From Escherichia phage A73, in sequence record OP778609: DNA of 64,000 bases. One strand, 5' to 3'. A program made the position numbers and the translations under genes. Positions 9,085-16,999 of this stretch are shown in pieces; position 1 is the stretch's first letter, and each line of letters starts with the position of its first letter. The notes beneath the pieces are model-generated. The model was not told the DNA's origin. It did no database searches and saw only the letters and a program-made list of their open reading frames with translations.

Positions 9085-9270
9085 ATGAATAAAAGAATTA
9101 CAAACGTAAATCCTGGCGAACGTTTCCAACATGAGGGGCATTTGCACACTGTAGTAAGCAACAAAGAGCATACTGTAAGAGTAAATAGAAATATCTTGCA
9201 ACTTCGCGATCGTTTTGGTATCGTACAGACTTACACTTTCGAAGCAAATAAAACAGTTAAAACTTTCTGA
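9085..9270 (+). CDS. hypothetical small protein (61 aa)
   Basis: ATG with AAAGGG RBS. Confidence 0.5.
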   Translation: MNKRITNVNPGERFQHEGHLHTVVSNKEHTVRVNRNILQLRDRFGIVQTYTFEANKTVKTF

Positions 9271-9281
9271 GGATTTTTAAA

Positions 9282-9617
9282 ATGGCACTAGTCACTAAGT
9301 ATTTCATTGAAGGCCAGCAAGCGGCGCAACAAGGTTACAGCCGTGTTACTCGTTATAAGAAAGAAGAAAACAAGATTGAATTTTTCAAGGGTTACGATAG
9401 TGTAAACCGTGATGCAATGGTCCTACGCTTCGAATCCGATCCAGTGGGCAAGCCTGTTACCTCTTACCAGGCATCACCGCAGATTGTTTATGTTGGTACT
9501 GTTAAAGAATGTAACGACAAGTTAATCACTTTGAAGCAGGCCGATCGTGCGGGTTACTTTGTTGTTTACACTGCTGACGGTAAGCCTTACCAGTACGAAA
9601 GCAAATATTTTAAATAA
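9282..9617 (+). CDS. hypothetical protein (111 aa)
   Basis: ATG with GAGGA RBS. Confidence 0.6.
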   Translation: MALVTKYFIEGQQAAQQGYSRVTRYKKEENKIEFFKGYDSVNRDAMVLRFESDPVGKPVTSYQASPQIVYVGTVKECNDKLITLKQADRAGYFVVYTADGKPYQYESKYFK

Positions 9618-9623
9618 AAAGTA

Positions 9624-9652
9624 TTGACAGAAAGAAAGAAGTAAATTAAATT
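9624..9652 (+). promoter_or_regulatory. sigma70-type promoter TTGACA-17-TAAATT with leader hairpin
   Basis: followed by CACGTAA start motif and hairpin GCCGCAATCGTGCGGC (about 9665-9680). Confidence 0.55.
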
Positions 9653-9707
9653 ATACCACGTAACGCCGCAATCGTGCGGCAATAAAAACTGATAGGAATT
9701 GAACAAA

Positions 9708-9920
9708 ATGGCTAAAATCATCATTAAAAAATCCCGTGTATCTTCTGTTGCTCGCGTCGAAATGGTAAACACTATGCCAGGTTACCGGACTCGCGAGGAA
9801 GCCCGAAGCGTTGCAAAACAGATTAAAGCCCGTGGCTTAACTGTAAGTGCACCGACCAAAACACAAGAAGGATGGAAGGTATCTATTAAATCCGGTACAC
9901 TGTCAATCAATAAACACTAA
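9708..9920 (+). CDS. hypothetical basic protein (70 aa)
   Basis: ATG at 9708 preceded by AGGAA; track ORF begins at in-frame TTG 9699. Confidence 0.5.
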   Translation: MAKIIIKKSRVSSVARVEMVNTMPGYRTREEARSVAKQIKARGLTVSAPTKTQEGWKVSIKSGTLSINKH

Positions 9921-9936
9921 TAGCCAAAACATTAAC

Positions 9937-9952
9937 GGGGCAACTTTGCCCC
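9937..9952 (+). other. GC hairpin GGGGCA-loop-TGCCCC after stop (weak terminator)
   Basis: inverted repeat seen directly. Confidence 0.35.
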
Positions 9953-9983
9953 TCATTAAATAACATTATCCAGGAGTATTAAC

Positions 9984-10142
9984 ATGACTAGCCAAAACAC
10001 TAACATTGAAAAAATCAACATTACTAAAGAGCGTAAAGCATGGAATGAAACATTAAATCTCAAAGGTAAGAAGCTAAATAAAACTAAACGCGATCGCAGT
10101 ACAAAGCGGGCCTTTTGTGAATTTACAGCGGATCAAGAATGA
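9984..10142 (+). CDS. small basic protein (52 aa)
   Basis: ATG with CAGGAG RBS; ATGA coupling to next ORF; below track cut-off. Confidence 0.4.
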   Translation: MTSQNTNIEKINITKERKAWNETLNLKGKKLNKTKRDRSTKRAFCEFTADQE

Positions 10143-10438
10143 TGATTAAAGTTATTGCACTTACTACTTTATTGTGTATACCATTTTTGGCGCACGGTAC
10201 TAAGTTTTACGGTGCTAACTTGATAGATTGTAAAGCTCATATGCTGGACCATGAAACAGGCAACAAATTTGTTAAGCCTTTCCAGATCAATCCAGCGGCA
10301 TTTAGTGACGGTGTTTTGTATCAGGAAGGTAAAGCCAGTACGCTGATAATCCATTACGATCCAGCGACAAAGAAAGGTAGCTTATCAATCCAGATTGAAG
10401 GCGCGGAAGAGTTTTCAGGTAAAATAATCTGCAATTAA
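10139..10438 (+). CDS. putative secreted/periplasmic protein (99 aa)
   Basis: N-terminal signal-peptide-like segment MMIKVIALTTLLCIPFLAHG. Confidence 0.6.
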   Translation: MMIKVIALTTLLCIPFLAHGTKFYGANLIDCKAHMLDHETGNKFVKPFQINPAAFSDGVLYQEGKASTLIIHYDPATKKGSLSIQIEGAEEFSGKIICN

Positions 10439-10446
10439 TATGTTAA

Positions 10447-10476
10447 GGCCCGCCATTGTGCGGGCCTTTCTTTTAT
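10447..10476 (+). terminator. rho-independent terminator
   Basis: GGCCCGC-CATTGT-GCGGGCC stem followed by TTTCTTTT. Confidence 0.7.
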
Positions 10477-10498
10477 GAAAATAATTTTGAAAATGTTG

Positions 10499-10526
10499 TT
10501 GACAGCACCGATTAAAAGCGTATAAT
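10499..10526 (+). promoter_or_regulatory. sigma70 promoter TTGACA-16-TATAAT with no ORF downstream
   Basis: consensus hexamers; downstream hairpin CGGGGA..TCCCCG and RBS-like CCAGGAG but no start codon before the next promoter. Confidence 0.6.
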
Positions 10527-10616
10527 GTATTACATCAGGACGGGGAACCAAACAAGTAACTCCCCGTTAAGTAGTCCAGGAGTAAGACATACGAAAACCT
10601 CCCCTGATAAAATAGT

Positions 10617-10644
10617 TTGACAATAGTTTTTAGTACTGTATAAT
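10617..10644 (+). promoter_or_regulatory. sigma70 promoter TTGACA-16-TATAAT with leader hairpin
   Basis: followed by hairpin GGGGAGAATAGTTCTCCCC (about 10657-10675) then RBS AAAGGA. Confidence 0.65.
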
Positions 10645-10695
10645 ACATTACATCAAGGGGAGAATAGTTCTCCCCACATCAAAGGAATCAAAACA

Positions 10696-10923
10696 ATGGC
10701 TATCGTAATCACTCGCGTATCTGGTACAGTTGGCAATGCGGCAGTAGTAGCGGTTATCACTAACAAGAAAGGTGCGGAACTACATTTTGCAATGTATAAC
10801 TGGTCAGTTGATGAGTTTGGTCAGTACGCTAGTGTAGAATACATTGAAACCTATCAAGTGCCGTCGATTAGTTTAACTGATTTGGGCGTTGAGCGTATCC
10901 TTTGCCTGGATGAATTAAATTAA
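10696..10923 (+). CDS. hypothetical protein (75 aa)
   Basis: ATG with AAAGGAA RBS. Confidence 0.55.
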   Translation: MAIVITRVSGTVGNAAVVAVITNKKGAELHFAMYNWSVDEFGQYASVEYIETYQVPSISLTDLGVERILCLDELN

Positions 10924-10931
10924 AAAAGTAC

Positions 10932-10959
10932 TTGCAAAGTAAGTCGGATAAAGTATAAT
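10932..10959 (+). promoter_or_regulatory. sigma70 promoter TTGCAA-16-TATAAT with leader hairpin
   Basis: hairpin GGGGAGAAATGATTCTCCCC (about 10972-10991). Confidence 0.6.
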
Positions 10960-11008
10960 ACATTACATCAAGGGGAGAAATGATTCTCCCCACTAAAAGG
11001 AAACTAAA

Positions 11009-11152
11009 ATGAAAACTTGTCAGTGTGGTAAAAAGTCTATTACTGGTCTGCGTCGCGGTGTTGCTTTATGCCAGTATCATTACAATAGTCAAGTATGGGG
11101 TAAAACGTGGGCTGACCAGGTTGAAGCAGCAAATAAAGCAAAAAGTAATTGA
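11009..11152 (+). CDS. small Cys-rich protein (47 aa)
   Basis: ATG with AAGGAAA RBS; CQCG..CQYH motif; below track cut-off. Confidence 0.4.
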   Translation: MKTCQCGKKSITGLRRGVALCQYHYNSQVWGKTWADQVEAANKAKSN

Positions 11153-11176
11153 CAGTAAGAAGAAAAAGAGTAAACT
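11149..11176 (+). promoter_or_regulatory. sigma70 promoter TTGACA-16-TAAACT with leader hairpin
   Basis: followed by TACGTAG and hairpin GCGGCAATAGCGCCGC (about 11189-11204). Confidence 0.6.
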
Positions 11177-11227
11177 GTATTACGTAGAGCGGCAATAGCG
11201 CCGCCACATCAAAGAGAGAGAATCAAA

Positions 11228-11440
11228 ATGGCTAATATCCGCACTGCACTGAAAAATGCAAAACAAGTTTTATTCTCTGACGAGGAAGTATTTAATAAAG
11301 ATATTACAGGCGTTCGAAATCTTAAAGATATCTATGACATTTTCAGTATACGCATGAATATGAAACGTGTTGGAACGTTCGGGAATAAAGTACTGTATCA
11401 GAACGGTGATTATAATTTTACACTGACTATTATTAGTTGA
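11228..11440 (+). CDS. hypothetical protein (70 aa)
   Basis: ATG with AGAGAGAG RBS. Confidence 0.55.
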   Translation: MANIRTALKNAKQVLFSDEEVFNKDITGVRNLKDIYDIFSIRMNMKRVGTFGNKVLYQNGDYNFTLTIIS

Positions 11441-11459
11441 AAGTTTTAGTCTAGCGCTA

Positions 11460-11488
11460 TTGACTTAAACCGATAGTGCTGGCATAAT
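11460..11488 (+). promoter_or_regulatory. sigma70 promoter TTGACT-17-CATAAT
   Basis: hexamers; no leader hairpin. Confidence 0.55.
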
Positions 11489-11533
11489 AACTTTTATCAA
11501 GTAGTACAAATCAAACAAAGAGAGAATACAATC

Positions 11534-11773
11534 ATGGCTAATAACAAAACTTTCAACGGTCACAAAAACAAAACTCATTGGAATGTTTCCTTGTGGATTA
11601 ATAACGATGCATCACTGTATCGACTGGCTAATGATTTCATCGCCGCTAACACTAATCGTAACGATGCGGCCCGTCATATGATGTTATTTTTAGAACAAAC
11701 CGGACAACATAAAACACCGGACGGATTCAAGTATAGTACTACTGCAATCCGTGCCGCGATGGTTGGAATGTAA
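11534..11773 (+). CDS. hypothetical protein (79 aa)
   Basis: ATG with AGAGAGA RBS. Confidence 0.55.
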   Translation: MANNKTFNGHKNKTHWNVSLWINNDASLYRLANDFIAANTNRNDAARHMMLFLEQTGQHKTPDGFKYSTTAIRAAMVGM

Positions 11774-11787
11774 AAAGAAAAAAGTAG

Positions 11788-11816
11788 TTGACACAAACAA
11801 GCAAAACAAGTAAATT
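11788..11816 (+). promoter_or_regulatory. sigma70 promoter TTGACA-17-TAAATT with leader hairpin
   Basis: AAAAAGTAGTTGAC upstream block; CACATCA start; hairpin GCGGGGAATGGCCCCGC (about 11829-11845). Confidence 0.6.
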
Positions 11817-11866
11817 AATCACATCAGGCGGGGAATGGCCCCGCTAAAAGAGAAGAGAGAAATCAA

Positions 11867-12196
11867 ATGGGCTTTTTATCTATCGTACAGACTAACTTCG
11901 AAAATGATTTTATTGCTCAAGCTATCAACATTGACAAAGGTATCCCAAATATCAATTTTGGTTTCAATAGTGGTGGTTATGAGAGATACCAGTATTTTGT
12001 AACTGACGATGGAAGTGTTTTAGGTATCAATACGGTGATGGCTAATATCCAAAACATTAATTTCAATGATCCCGATGAGCGCTCATTCTATATCGTCGGT
12101 GTCCAGGTGAACTACAATGATGACTCTTTAATCGATGATTACACTGGCGAGACGTTAGAAAGTGCTTACAGTGATGAATCAGAAGAAGAAAACTAA
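11867..12196 (+). CDS. hypothetical acidic protein (109 aa)
   Basis: ATG with AGAGAGA RBS. Confidence 0.6.
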   Translation: MGFLSIVQTNFENDFIAQAINIDKGIPNINFGFNSGGYERYQYFVTDDGSVLGINTVMANIQNINFNDPDERSFYIVGVQVNYNDDSLIDDYTGETLESAYSDESEEEN

Positions 12197-12210
12197 TATT
12201 AAAAAAGTAG

Positions 12211-12239
12211 TTGACTGAAAGAGTATAAAGAAGTAAGAT
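12211..12239 (+). promoter_or_regulatory. sigma70 promoter TTGACT-17-TAAGAT with leader hairpin
   Basis: hairpin GGGGGAACATTTCCCCC (about 12253-12269). Confidence 0.55.
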
Positions 12240-12294
12240 AATTAACGAATAGGGGGAACATTTCCCCCGTAAACAAAAGAAAGAGAGATTAAAA

Positions 12295-12477
12295 ATGACA
12301 GAACTGATTGCAACTACAAAGATCGAAGGCGTTAACGATGTTACTTTGTCCTATGATCCTTCTACTCTGGTTTATGTTGTGAAATATGGCAGAATGATCG
12401 CAGAACTTGATTGCATTGATGAGGCTTTCGAAAAATATTTCGAACTTATCAATATTGCTTATGATGACTACCGTTAA
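12295..12477 (+). CDS. hypothetical protein (60 aa)
   Basis: ATG with AGAGAGA RBS. Confidence 0.5.
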   Translation: MTELIATTKIEGVNDVTLSYDPSTLVYVVKYGRMIAELDCIDEAFEKYFELINIAYDDYR

Positions 12478-12507
12478 TATACAACGCAAAAATAGGAAGG
12501 TGATAAA

Positions 12508-12717
12508 ATGATCAATGAAAAAACAATCAATGACGTTCGAGAGGAAGTTTTAGCCGTTGCCGTAGAATCTGGCGCACGTCAGGCATTTTGGAAAGCTACT
12601 GATCTTTACCCTGAGCAAGCCGAAAATATTCTCAATCAGGTCAGCGTTAAACTTGAACAAATGGGAAAACTGAAAACAAGTGAGCGCCTCGACCAAATCA
12701 TTAAAGAAAGTTTTTGA
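12508..12717 (+). CDS. hypothetical protein (69 aa)
   Basis: ATG with AGGAAGG RBS. Confidence 0.5.
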   Translation: MINEKTINDVREEVLAVAVESGARQAFWKATDLYPEQAENILNQVSVKLEQMGKLKTSERLDQIIKESF

Positions 12718-12781
12718 TTGACTTTTAACATTGCCCCTATTAGTATTCAGGGGCAAGATTAAAAGAAACAAGGACACAAAG

Positions 12782-13093
12782 ATGAACGATATTGTTAGCA
12801 TCATAGGTTTACTGGGCATAGGTTACATCGCCACATCAATTACAATGAGTTACTTCAATAAAAGGCGTGATAAAATGTTTTGTTACTTTGAGTATCGTTA
12901 CCGTGGTAAGGTTGGATCATCCCGTGACTATGGTCCGATGTTAGAGATTGATGCGGTTGGCGCTATGCAGTATCGCCAGTCACTAGGGGCTGAAATAATT
13001 TTTGAAGTGTACCGCAGTACAGAAGAAGAGATCCACGACATTATTGACGAGCGTCAATATTACCACGAACAACAAACTAAACGCAGGGCTTAA
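12782..13093 (+). CDS. membrane protein (103 aa, 1 predicted TM)
   Basis: internal ATG of track ORF 12731 preceded by AAGGACAC; hydrophobic IVSIIGLLGIGYIATSITM. Confidence 0.5.
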   Translation: MNDIVSIIGLLGIGYIATSITMSYFNKRRDKMFCYFEYRYRGKVGSSRDYGPMLEIDAVGAMQYRQSLGAEIIFEVYRSTEEEIHDIIDERQYYHEQQTKRRA

Positions 13094-13096
13094 CAT

Positions 13097-13237
13097 ATGA
13101 CTAATACAAACCGACAAAAAATCATCAAAACTAAAAAACTTGATTTCGATACTTATCAAGAATGTAAGAAGAAGAAAGTAAAAGATAAGCGAGAGAACAA
13201 GCGGCACGAATGGATCACTAATACAATCGATCTTTAA
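13097..13237 (+). CDS. small Lys-rich protein (46 aa)
   Basis: ATG 3 nt after upstream stop; below track cut-off. Confidence 0.35.
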   Translation: MTNTNRQKIIKTKKLDFDTYQECKKKKVKDKRENKRHEWITNTIDL

Positions 13238-13244
13238 CAATCAA

Positions 13245-13271
13245 GGCCCGCTATAATGTGGGCCTTTCTTT
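13245..13271 (+). terminator. rho-independent terminator
   Basis: GGCCCGC-TATAAT-GTGGGCC stem followed by TTTCTTT. Confidence 0.7.
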
Positions 13272-13284
13272 ATGGAGAACAGAC

Positions 13285-13512
13285 ATGATTAATATTCTTT
13301 CACTTACAGAAGTGATCCGCTTCCTCAAAAACAACGCCCTGGGAACGTCTATAACGTATCTAATCCCTCAAGGTAAGGATTATGCCAGTGTTACACGTTC
13401 AATCACTGCTACGGCCTCCAGAGAAGAAATAAAGGTCAGTGTAAGCCAATTGCTCATCGTTGATCCTTCCTCCTGTGAAACAATCCAGGCTGTAAAGATA
13501 ATTAGAAAATAA
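13285..13512 (+). CDS. hypothetical protein (75 aa)
   Basis: internal ATG of track ORF 13258 preceded by GGAGAA; avoids overlap with terminator stem. Confidence 0.45.
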   Translation: MINILSLTEVIRFLKNNALGTSITYLIPQGKDYASVTRSITATASREEIKVSVSQLLIVDPSSCETIQAVKIIRK

Positions 13513-13525
13513 TTTAAAAAACTTA

Positions 13526-13554
13526 TTGCATCCATTATCGAGAAGATGTACATT
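13526..13554 (+). promoter_or_regulatory. sigma70 promoter TTGCAT-17-TACATT
   Basis: hexamers preceded by A-tract. Confidence 0.45.
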
Positions 13555-13597
13555 AGTTTCATCAAGACGAGATGAAGATAACCCAAAGGTGATTGCT

Positions 13598-13891
13598 ATG
13601 TTATACGAAGTTTTTGCAGGTTTCTGTTTTTATGGTGCTGCCGCCGTTCGCCAGTGTGATGACTATGTAGTTGAGTCATTCGATGATCCTTTGGCGTGTG
13701 AGATTGTTACTACAGCTTATGAGCAAGATCGCCGTTGGATTAATCCAGCCTGTATCGCATCGCCTGAGGTTGAACCTATGCCGGAAGGTGAGGAATTAAC
13801 AGAGGAAGACTTGCAAGAAGTAAAAGAAGTTATGAGCTACATGATTGATAATCTGGACGCTGAAAACTTACAACGTGCATTGCAAAAATAA
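13598..13891 (+). CDS. hypothetical acidic protein (97 aa)
   Basis: internal ATG of track ORF 13526 preceded by AAAGGTG. Confidence 0.5.
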   Translation: MLYEVFAGFCFYGAAAVRQCDDYVVESFDDPLACEIVTTAYEQDRRWINPACIASPEVEPMPEGEELTEEDLQEVKEVMSYMIDNLDAENLQRALQK

Positions 13892-13905
13892 TTTTAAAAA
13901 AGTAG

Positions 13906-13934
13906 TTGACTCGAAGAAACAAAACAATTAAATT
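13906..13934 (+). promoter_or_regulatory. sigma70 promoter TTGACT-17-TAAATT with leader hairpin
   Basis: near-duplicate of promoter cassette at 11788; hairpin GCGGGGAATGGCCCCGC (about 13947-13963). Confidence 0.6.
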
Positions 13935-13978
13935 AATCACATGAGGCGGGGAATGGCCCCGCTGAACAAAAAGAGATT

Positions 13979-14359
13979 ATGAAAATGGCTAAAAATACTA
14001 ACGTTTGTGATTACGCTGATCTGGTTACTCTGAATGCAGATTCTAAAATCAACCTGTCAAACGTGGAAGCGGTGCACGTCCTGGCCCGCCGCTGGTTCCA
14101 AAAGTTATATGGTAATACTTATTTCTCTTTAAGTGTAGATGTGGAGATCGCTGGTAAATTGGTAGAAGTAGTTAACGTCCCGTTTAAATATGGTTATGGT
14201 GATCATTTCGATACCGTGGCACTGGAAGAATTTAGCAAGGTTATCAACATGGAAGGAAAAGAGTTTTCAGAGTATAGTTACCTTTCCCGTTTTTGCCGTG
14301 ACAATAACATCCCTGTTTATTCGAACGCTGTTGATGTTAAACGCAAAAAAGATATGTAA
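13979..14359 (+). CDS. hypothetical protein (126 aa)
   Basis: ATG downstream of promoter and hairpin. Confidence 0.6.
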   Translation: MKMAKNTNVCDYADLVTLNADSKINLSNVEAVHVLARRWFQKLYGNTYFSLSVDVEIAGKLVEVVNVPFKYGYGDHFDTVALEEFSKVINMEGKEFSEYSYLSRFCRDNNIPVYSNAVDVKRKKDM

Positions 14360-14365
14360 TTATTA

Positions 14366-14392
14366 TTGACAGTACATAGAAAACAAGTAAAC
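14366..14392 (+). promoter_or_regulatory. sigma70 promoter TTGACA-15-TAAACT with leader hairpin
   Basis: hairpin GCGGGAACACTTCCCGC (about 14408-14424). Confidence 0.5.
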
Positions 14393-14446
14393 TGTATTAC
14401 ATAGAAAGCGGGAACACTTCCCGCTTATATTCCAGGAGTAAGAGAA

Positions 14447-14698
14447 ATGATCGAACAAATCAAAACTACGACGGCTAATGTAACGGGTACAGTATCGCAC
14501 TTCATTAGTGATGAATCACGGGGCGTTCCTTATTGTGCAGTACATATAAACAAAAATGGCGACTACTGGTTAACGGCGTATGGATCTTATTCTTTCGGAC
14601 GTAGTGCACACCAAAAGATCCTAGATAAAGTACAGCCAACGGGTAAAAATATTACCGCTGAGATGTTTAATAAATCACTTGCAAAGTTAAAAGCGTAA
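14447..14698 (+). CDS. hypothetical protein (83 aa)
   Basis: ATG with CAGGAG RBS. Confidence 0.55.
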   Translation: MIEQIKTTTANVTGTVSHFISDESRGVPYCAVHINKNGDYWLTAYGSYSFGRSAHQKILDKVQPTGKNITAEMFNKSLAKLKA

Positions 14699-14706
14699 AG
14701 TATAAT
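14679..14706 (+). promoter_or_regulatory. sigma70 promoter TTGCAA-16-TATAAT with leader hairpin
   Basis: overlaps 3' end of ORF 14447; hairpin GGCGGGGAGTGTTTCCCCGCC (about 14718-14738). Confidence 0.55.
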
Positions 14707-14759
14707 ACATCACATCAGGCGGGGAGTGTTTCCCCGCCACAAAACGAAAGGCCAACAAA

Positions 14760-14930
14760 ATGAAAGCAAGCATGATGGTAGCGACTGTAAACATTATCAT
14801 TGGTAACGGAACTGGACACCACGAAATCATAAAAAACAAGGCTTACTCTATTAGCTCCCTCAAAAACGACATGCGTTTATCTTTGGGCCAAATCCGCGCT
14901 TACTTTCGTGAAGGCTATCAGAAAAAGTAG
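14760..14930 (+). CDS. small protein (56 aa)
   Basis: ATG with GAAAGG RBS downstream of promoter and hairpin; below track cut-off. Confidence 0.4.
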   Translation: MKASMMVATVNIIIGNGTGHHEIIKNKAYSISSLKNDMRLSLGQIRAYFREGYQKK

Positions 14931-14941
14931 CAAATTAATAG

Positions 14942-14970
14942 TTGACGCAAAGGTCATTTTAATTTAATCT
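14942..14970 (+). promoter_or_regulatory. sigma70 promoter TTGACG with weak -10
   Basis: consensus -35; -10 ambiguous (TAATCT or TTTAAT). Confidence 0.4.
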
Positions 14971-14998
14971 ATAACAAATCGACAAATGAGGCATAATC

Positions 14999-15301
14999 AT
15001 GTTTACCAAAGCAAATGAGTATTTCTTTTTAGATTTACTTGATGAAAGTATCTTTGTAGCTATGGGCAAAAAGTCAATGGTCTTTAAACGCAAAAAAGAT
15101 AATGGTGAATTTGAAGATAGCGAAGCCGTGCTAACAGTCAAGGAAGGTAAAGAACCTGCAACGTCTGTTTTAATCTACACCTTGACCAACGGCGGTGAAG
15201 TTATCGCATCAGGTAGTAGCCATCCGATCCCAAAATCGGAAGTGAACACTGTAATTATTGGTTTTGTTGCAGCTTGTTTCTACGAGGAAAAAAGCAAATG
15301 A
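14999..15301 (+). CDS. hypothetical protein (100 aa)
   Basis: ATG with GAGG RBS. Confidence 0.55.
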   Translation: MFTKANEYFFLDLLDESIFVAMGKKSMVFKRKKDNGEFEDSEAVLTVKEGKEPATSVLIYTLTNGGEVIASGSSHPIPKSEVNTVIIGFVAACFYEEKSK

Positions 15302-15462
15302 ATCCGCAAAATTTATCTTATGTAAACTGGCCCAATAAGGCTGAGAAGAAAGAAAACTTGAAACGTCTGGTTAACTTTTATCGTGAAGCTGGTCATAGTA
15401 AAGTAACAGCGGTTAAAATGGCAAAGCGCCACCTTAACAAGCCAAGTACTAAACTAATTTAA
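15298..15462 (+). CDS. hypothetical basic protein (54 aa)
   Basis: ATG overlapping upstream stop (ATGA). Confidence 0.45.
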   Translation: MNPQNLSYVNWPNKAEKKENLKRLVNFYREAGHSKVTAVKMAKRHLNKPSTKLI

Positions 15463-15470
15463 AAAACTTG

Positions 15471-15500
15471 TTGACGTTGGCTTGTGCCGTACCTATAATG
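15471..15500 (+). promoter_or_regulatory. sigma70 promoter TTGACG-18-TATAAT with inverted repeat spanning -10
   Basis: TGCCGTAC-CTATAATG-GACGGCA palindrome encloses the -10 hexamer. Confidence 0.55.
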
Positions 15501-15534
15501 GACGGCATAGGCAAACGAAATAGGATTTATAGAA

Positions 15535-15741
15535 ATGAAAAAGAAAATTGTATATAATATTATTAGCTTTATCGCAACTATCCTCCTGGCTATTGCTGGT
15601 CTATCTTTGATTGTTGCAGTAGGATCTCTGTTTCCTGGGGCAATAAGTATTAGCATAGCTTTCGCCGCATTGTCTGTTTTTACAGGGTATGCAGGGATTA
15701 AAGTTACTTACTGGTCAGAAGATTACAAATATTCAAACTAA
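15535..15741 (+). CDS. small membrane protein (68 aa, 2 TM)
   Basis: hydrophobic IISFIATILLAIAGLSLIVAV and ISIAFAALSVFTGYAGI. Confidence 0.55.
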   Translation: MKKKIVYNIISFIATILLAIAGLSLIVAVGSLFPGAISISIAFAALSVFTGYAGIKVTYWSEDYKYSN

Positions 15742-15754
15742 ATTGAGGTGTAAG

Positions 15755-15904
15755 ATGTACAAGCTATTAACCTGGGAAACAGAATCATCGTCACCGATCA
15801 GCCGGACCTTTTTTGATTTGTGCACGGCTTACAGGCTGGCAAAGGGAGGATATCATAAGGCCCAAATCATTGATGAATTTAATGTTATCCTTTATGAATT
15901 TTAA
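15755..15904 (+). CDS. hypothetical protein (49 aa)
   Basis: internal ATG of track ORF 15689 preceded by GAGGTG. Confidence 0.35.
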   Translation: MYKLLTWETESSSPISRTFFDLCTAYRLAKGGYHKAQIIDEFNVILYEF

Positions 15905-15951
15905 TCAATTCATACACTTAAAAGAAAGTTAGAAAAAGTTTTAAAAAGTGG

Positions 15952-15980
15952 TTGCAACAGGTATTGGATAGTAGTATAGT
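15952..15980 (+). promoter_or_regulatory. sigma70 promoter TTGCAA-17-TATAGT
   Basis: hexamers preceded by A-rich tract. Confidence 0.5.
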
Positions 15981-16033
15981 ACTTTCAACGGGGCGAGATG
16001 GCCCAAAACGAAAAAACTTGAAAGGTGATTATC

Positions 16034-16126
16034 ATGATGGCAATTTTCTTAGTTTCTCTTCTGGTTGCTGTATGTTCTGCCACTGCTGCCGCTGTACTTT
16101 ATGACACTCGCTACAATGAGGAATAA
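16034..16126 (+). CDS. tiny hydrophobic peptide (30 aa)
   Basis: ATG with AAAGGTG RBS; single TM-like segment; speculative. Confidence 0.3.
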   Translation: MMAIFLVSLLVAVCSATAAAVLYDTRYNEE

Positions 16127-16131
16127 TAAAA

Positions 16132-16350
16132 ATGAATATTGTCAACATTACAGGTAAGACCGAGATCCTTAAGAATCTTGCACCAGGTGAGTCCACCGTA
16201 TGGATCTGCAAAGATGGAGAAGTAGAAAAACAAATGAGATTGTTTACCGCTATTTGTTGTCGGTTAAACATGAAAGTTACACAAATCCGGTCGATGATTG
16301 TTAGTGTGGGAAACATTCCGACTGAATGCATAATTCTTACAAAGATTTAA
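16132..16350 (+). CDS. hypothetical protein (72 aa)
   Basis: ATG; RBS-like GAGGAA 12 nt upstream. Confidence 0.5.
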   Translation: MNIVNITGKTEILKNLAPGESTVWICKDGEVEKQMRLFTAICCRLNMKVTQIRSMIVSVGNIPTECIILTKI

Positions 16351-16357
16351 AAATAGC

Positions 16358-16385
16358 TTTACAACAACGATAAAATCAGTACAAT
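16358..16385 (+). promoter_or_regulatory. sigma70 promoter TTTACA-16-TACAAT
   Basis: hexamers upstream of ORF 16427. Confidence 0.45.
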
Positions 16386-16426
16386 ACAAATCAGGCAATA
16401 AAGCCGACTAAAGAAAGGTAAAGACC

Positions 16427-16666
16427 ATGCAAACTATTATCACTAAATTTCTTCCTCCTACTAATACCCGTGGCGCTCGCATCAAAGCAAAATGTTGGTT
16501 GACAGATATCACTATCGCCTATCCGGTAGCCGAGATCAACGAAGCCCATAAACTGGCGGCAGAAGTGTTAATTACAAAATTGAAGATGACAACAGATATT
16601 GATTGGAATATCGTTGCAAGCGGTGAAACACCGGACGGCAGCGGCTACGCTTTCATTATCAAATAA
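16427..16666 (+). CDS. hypothetical protein (79 aa)
   Basis: ATG with GAAAGG RBS. Confidence 0.55.
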   Translation: MQTIITKFLPPTNTRGARIKAKCWLTDITIAYPVAEINEAHKLAAEVLITKLKMTTDIDWNIVASGETPDGSGYAFIIK

Positions 16667-16683
16667 TCATAAAGCGGCGGGAA

Positions 16684-16702
16684 TAGTTCCCGCCTTATTA
16701 AA
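16684..16702 (+). other. orphan leader-type hairpin GGCGGGAATAGTTCCCGCC without promoter
   Basis: same stem-loop class as promoter-proximal hairpins, located between stop of ORF 16427 and RBS of ORF 16721. Confidence 0.6.
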
Positions 16703-16720
16703 GAGAAAAGAGAAGATATC

Positions 16721-16999
16721 ATGACTATTACTAAATTATCCACCGAAGAGATCACCAACATTCTGACTACTAATCTTGAAGATTGGAAGCGTGAAGCTGA
16801 TTTGCAAGCAACCTGTAAGCTGAATACAGAGCTAACATCAGACGATATTGAAACGATCGTCCATGCTGATTTCTATGATGCTTTGCATGATGATTCTATC
16901 ATCCTTGAAACGATGCTAGATAATGCCTGGATTAATCCCGATTTGGCGGCGTATGGTCGTAGCACCTTTATCACTATCCACAATATTTATAACCGTTAA
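16721..16999 (+). CDS. hypothetical protein, paralog A (92 aa)
   Basis: about 50% identical to ORF 17671 (MTIxKLSTEEI..LTTNLExWKREAD..ITIHxIYN). Confidence 0.6.
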   Translation: MTITKLSTEEITNILTTNLEDWKREADLQATCKLNTELTSDDIETIVHADFYDALHDDSIILETMLDNAWINPDLAAYGRSTFITIHNIYNR

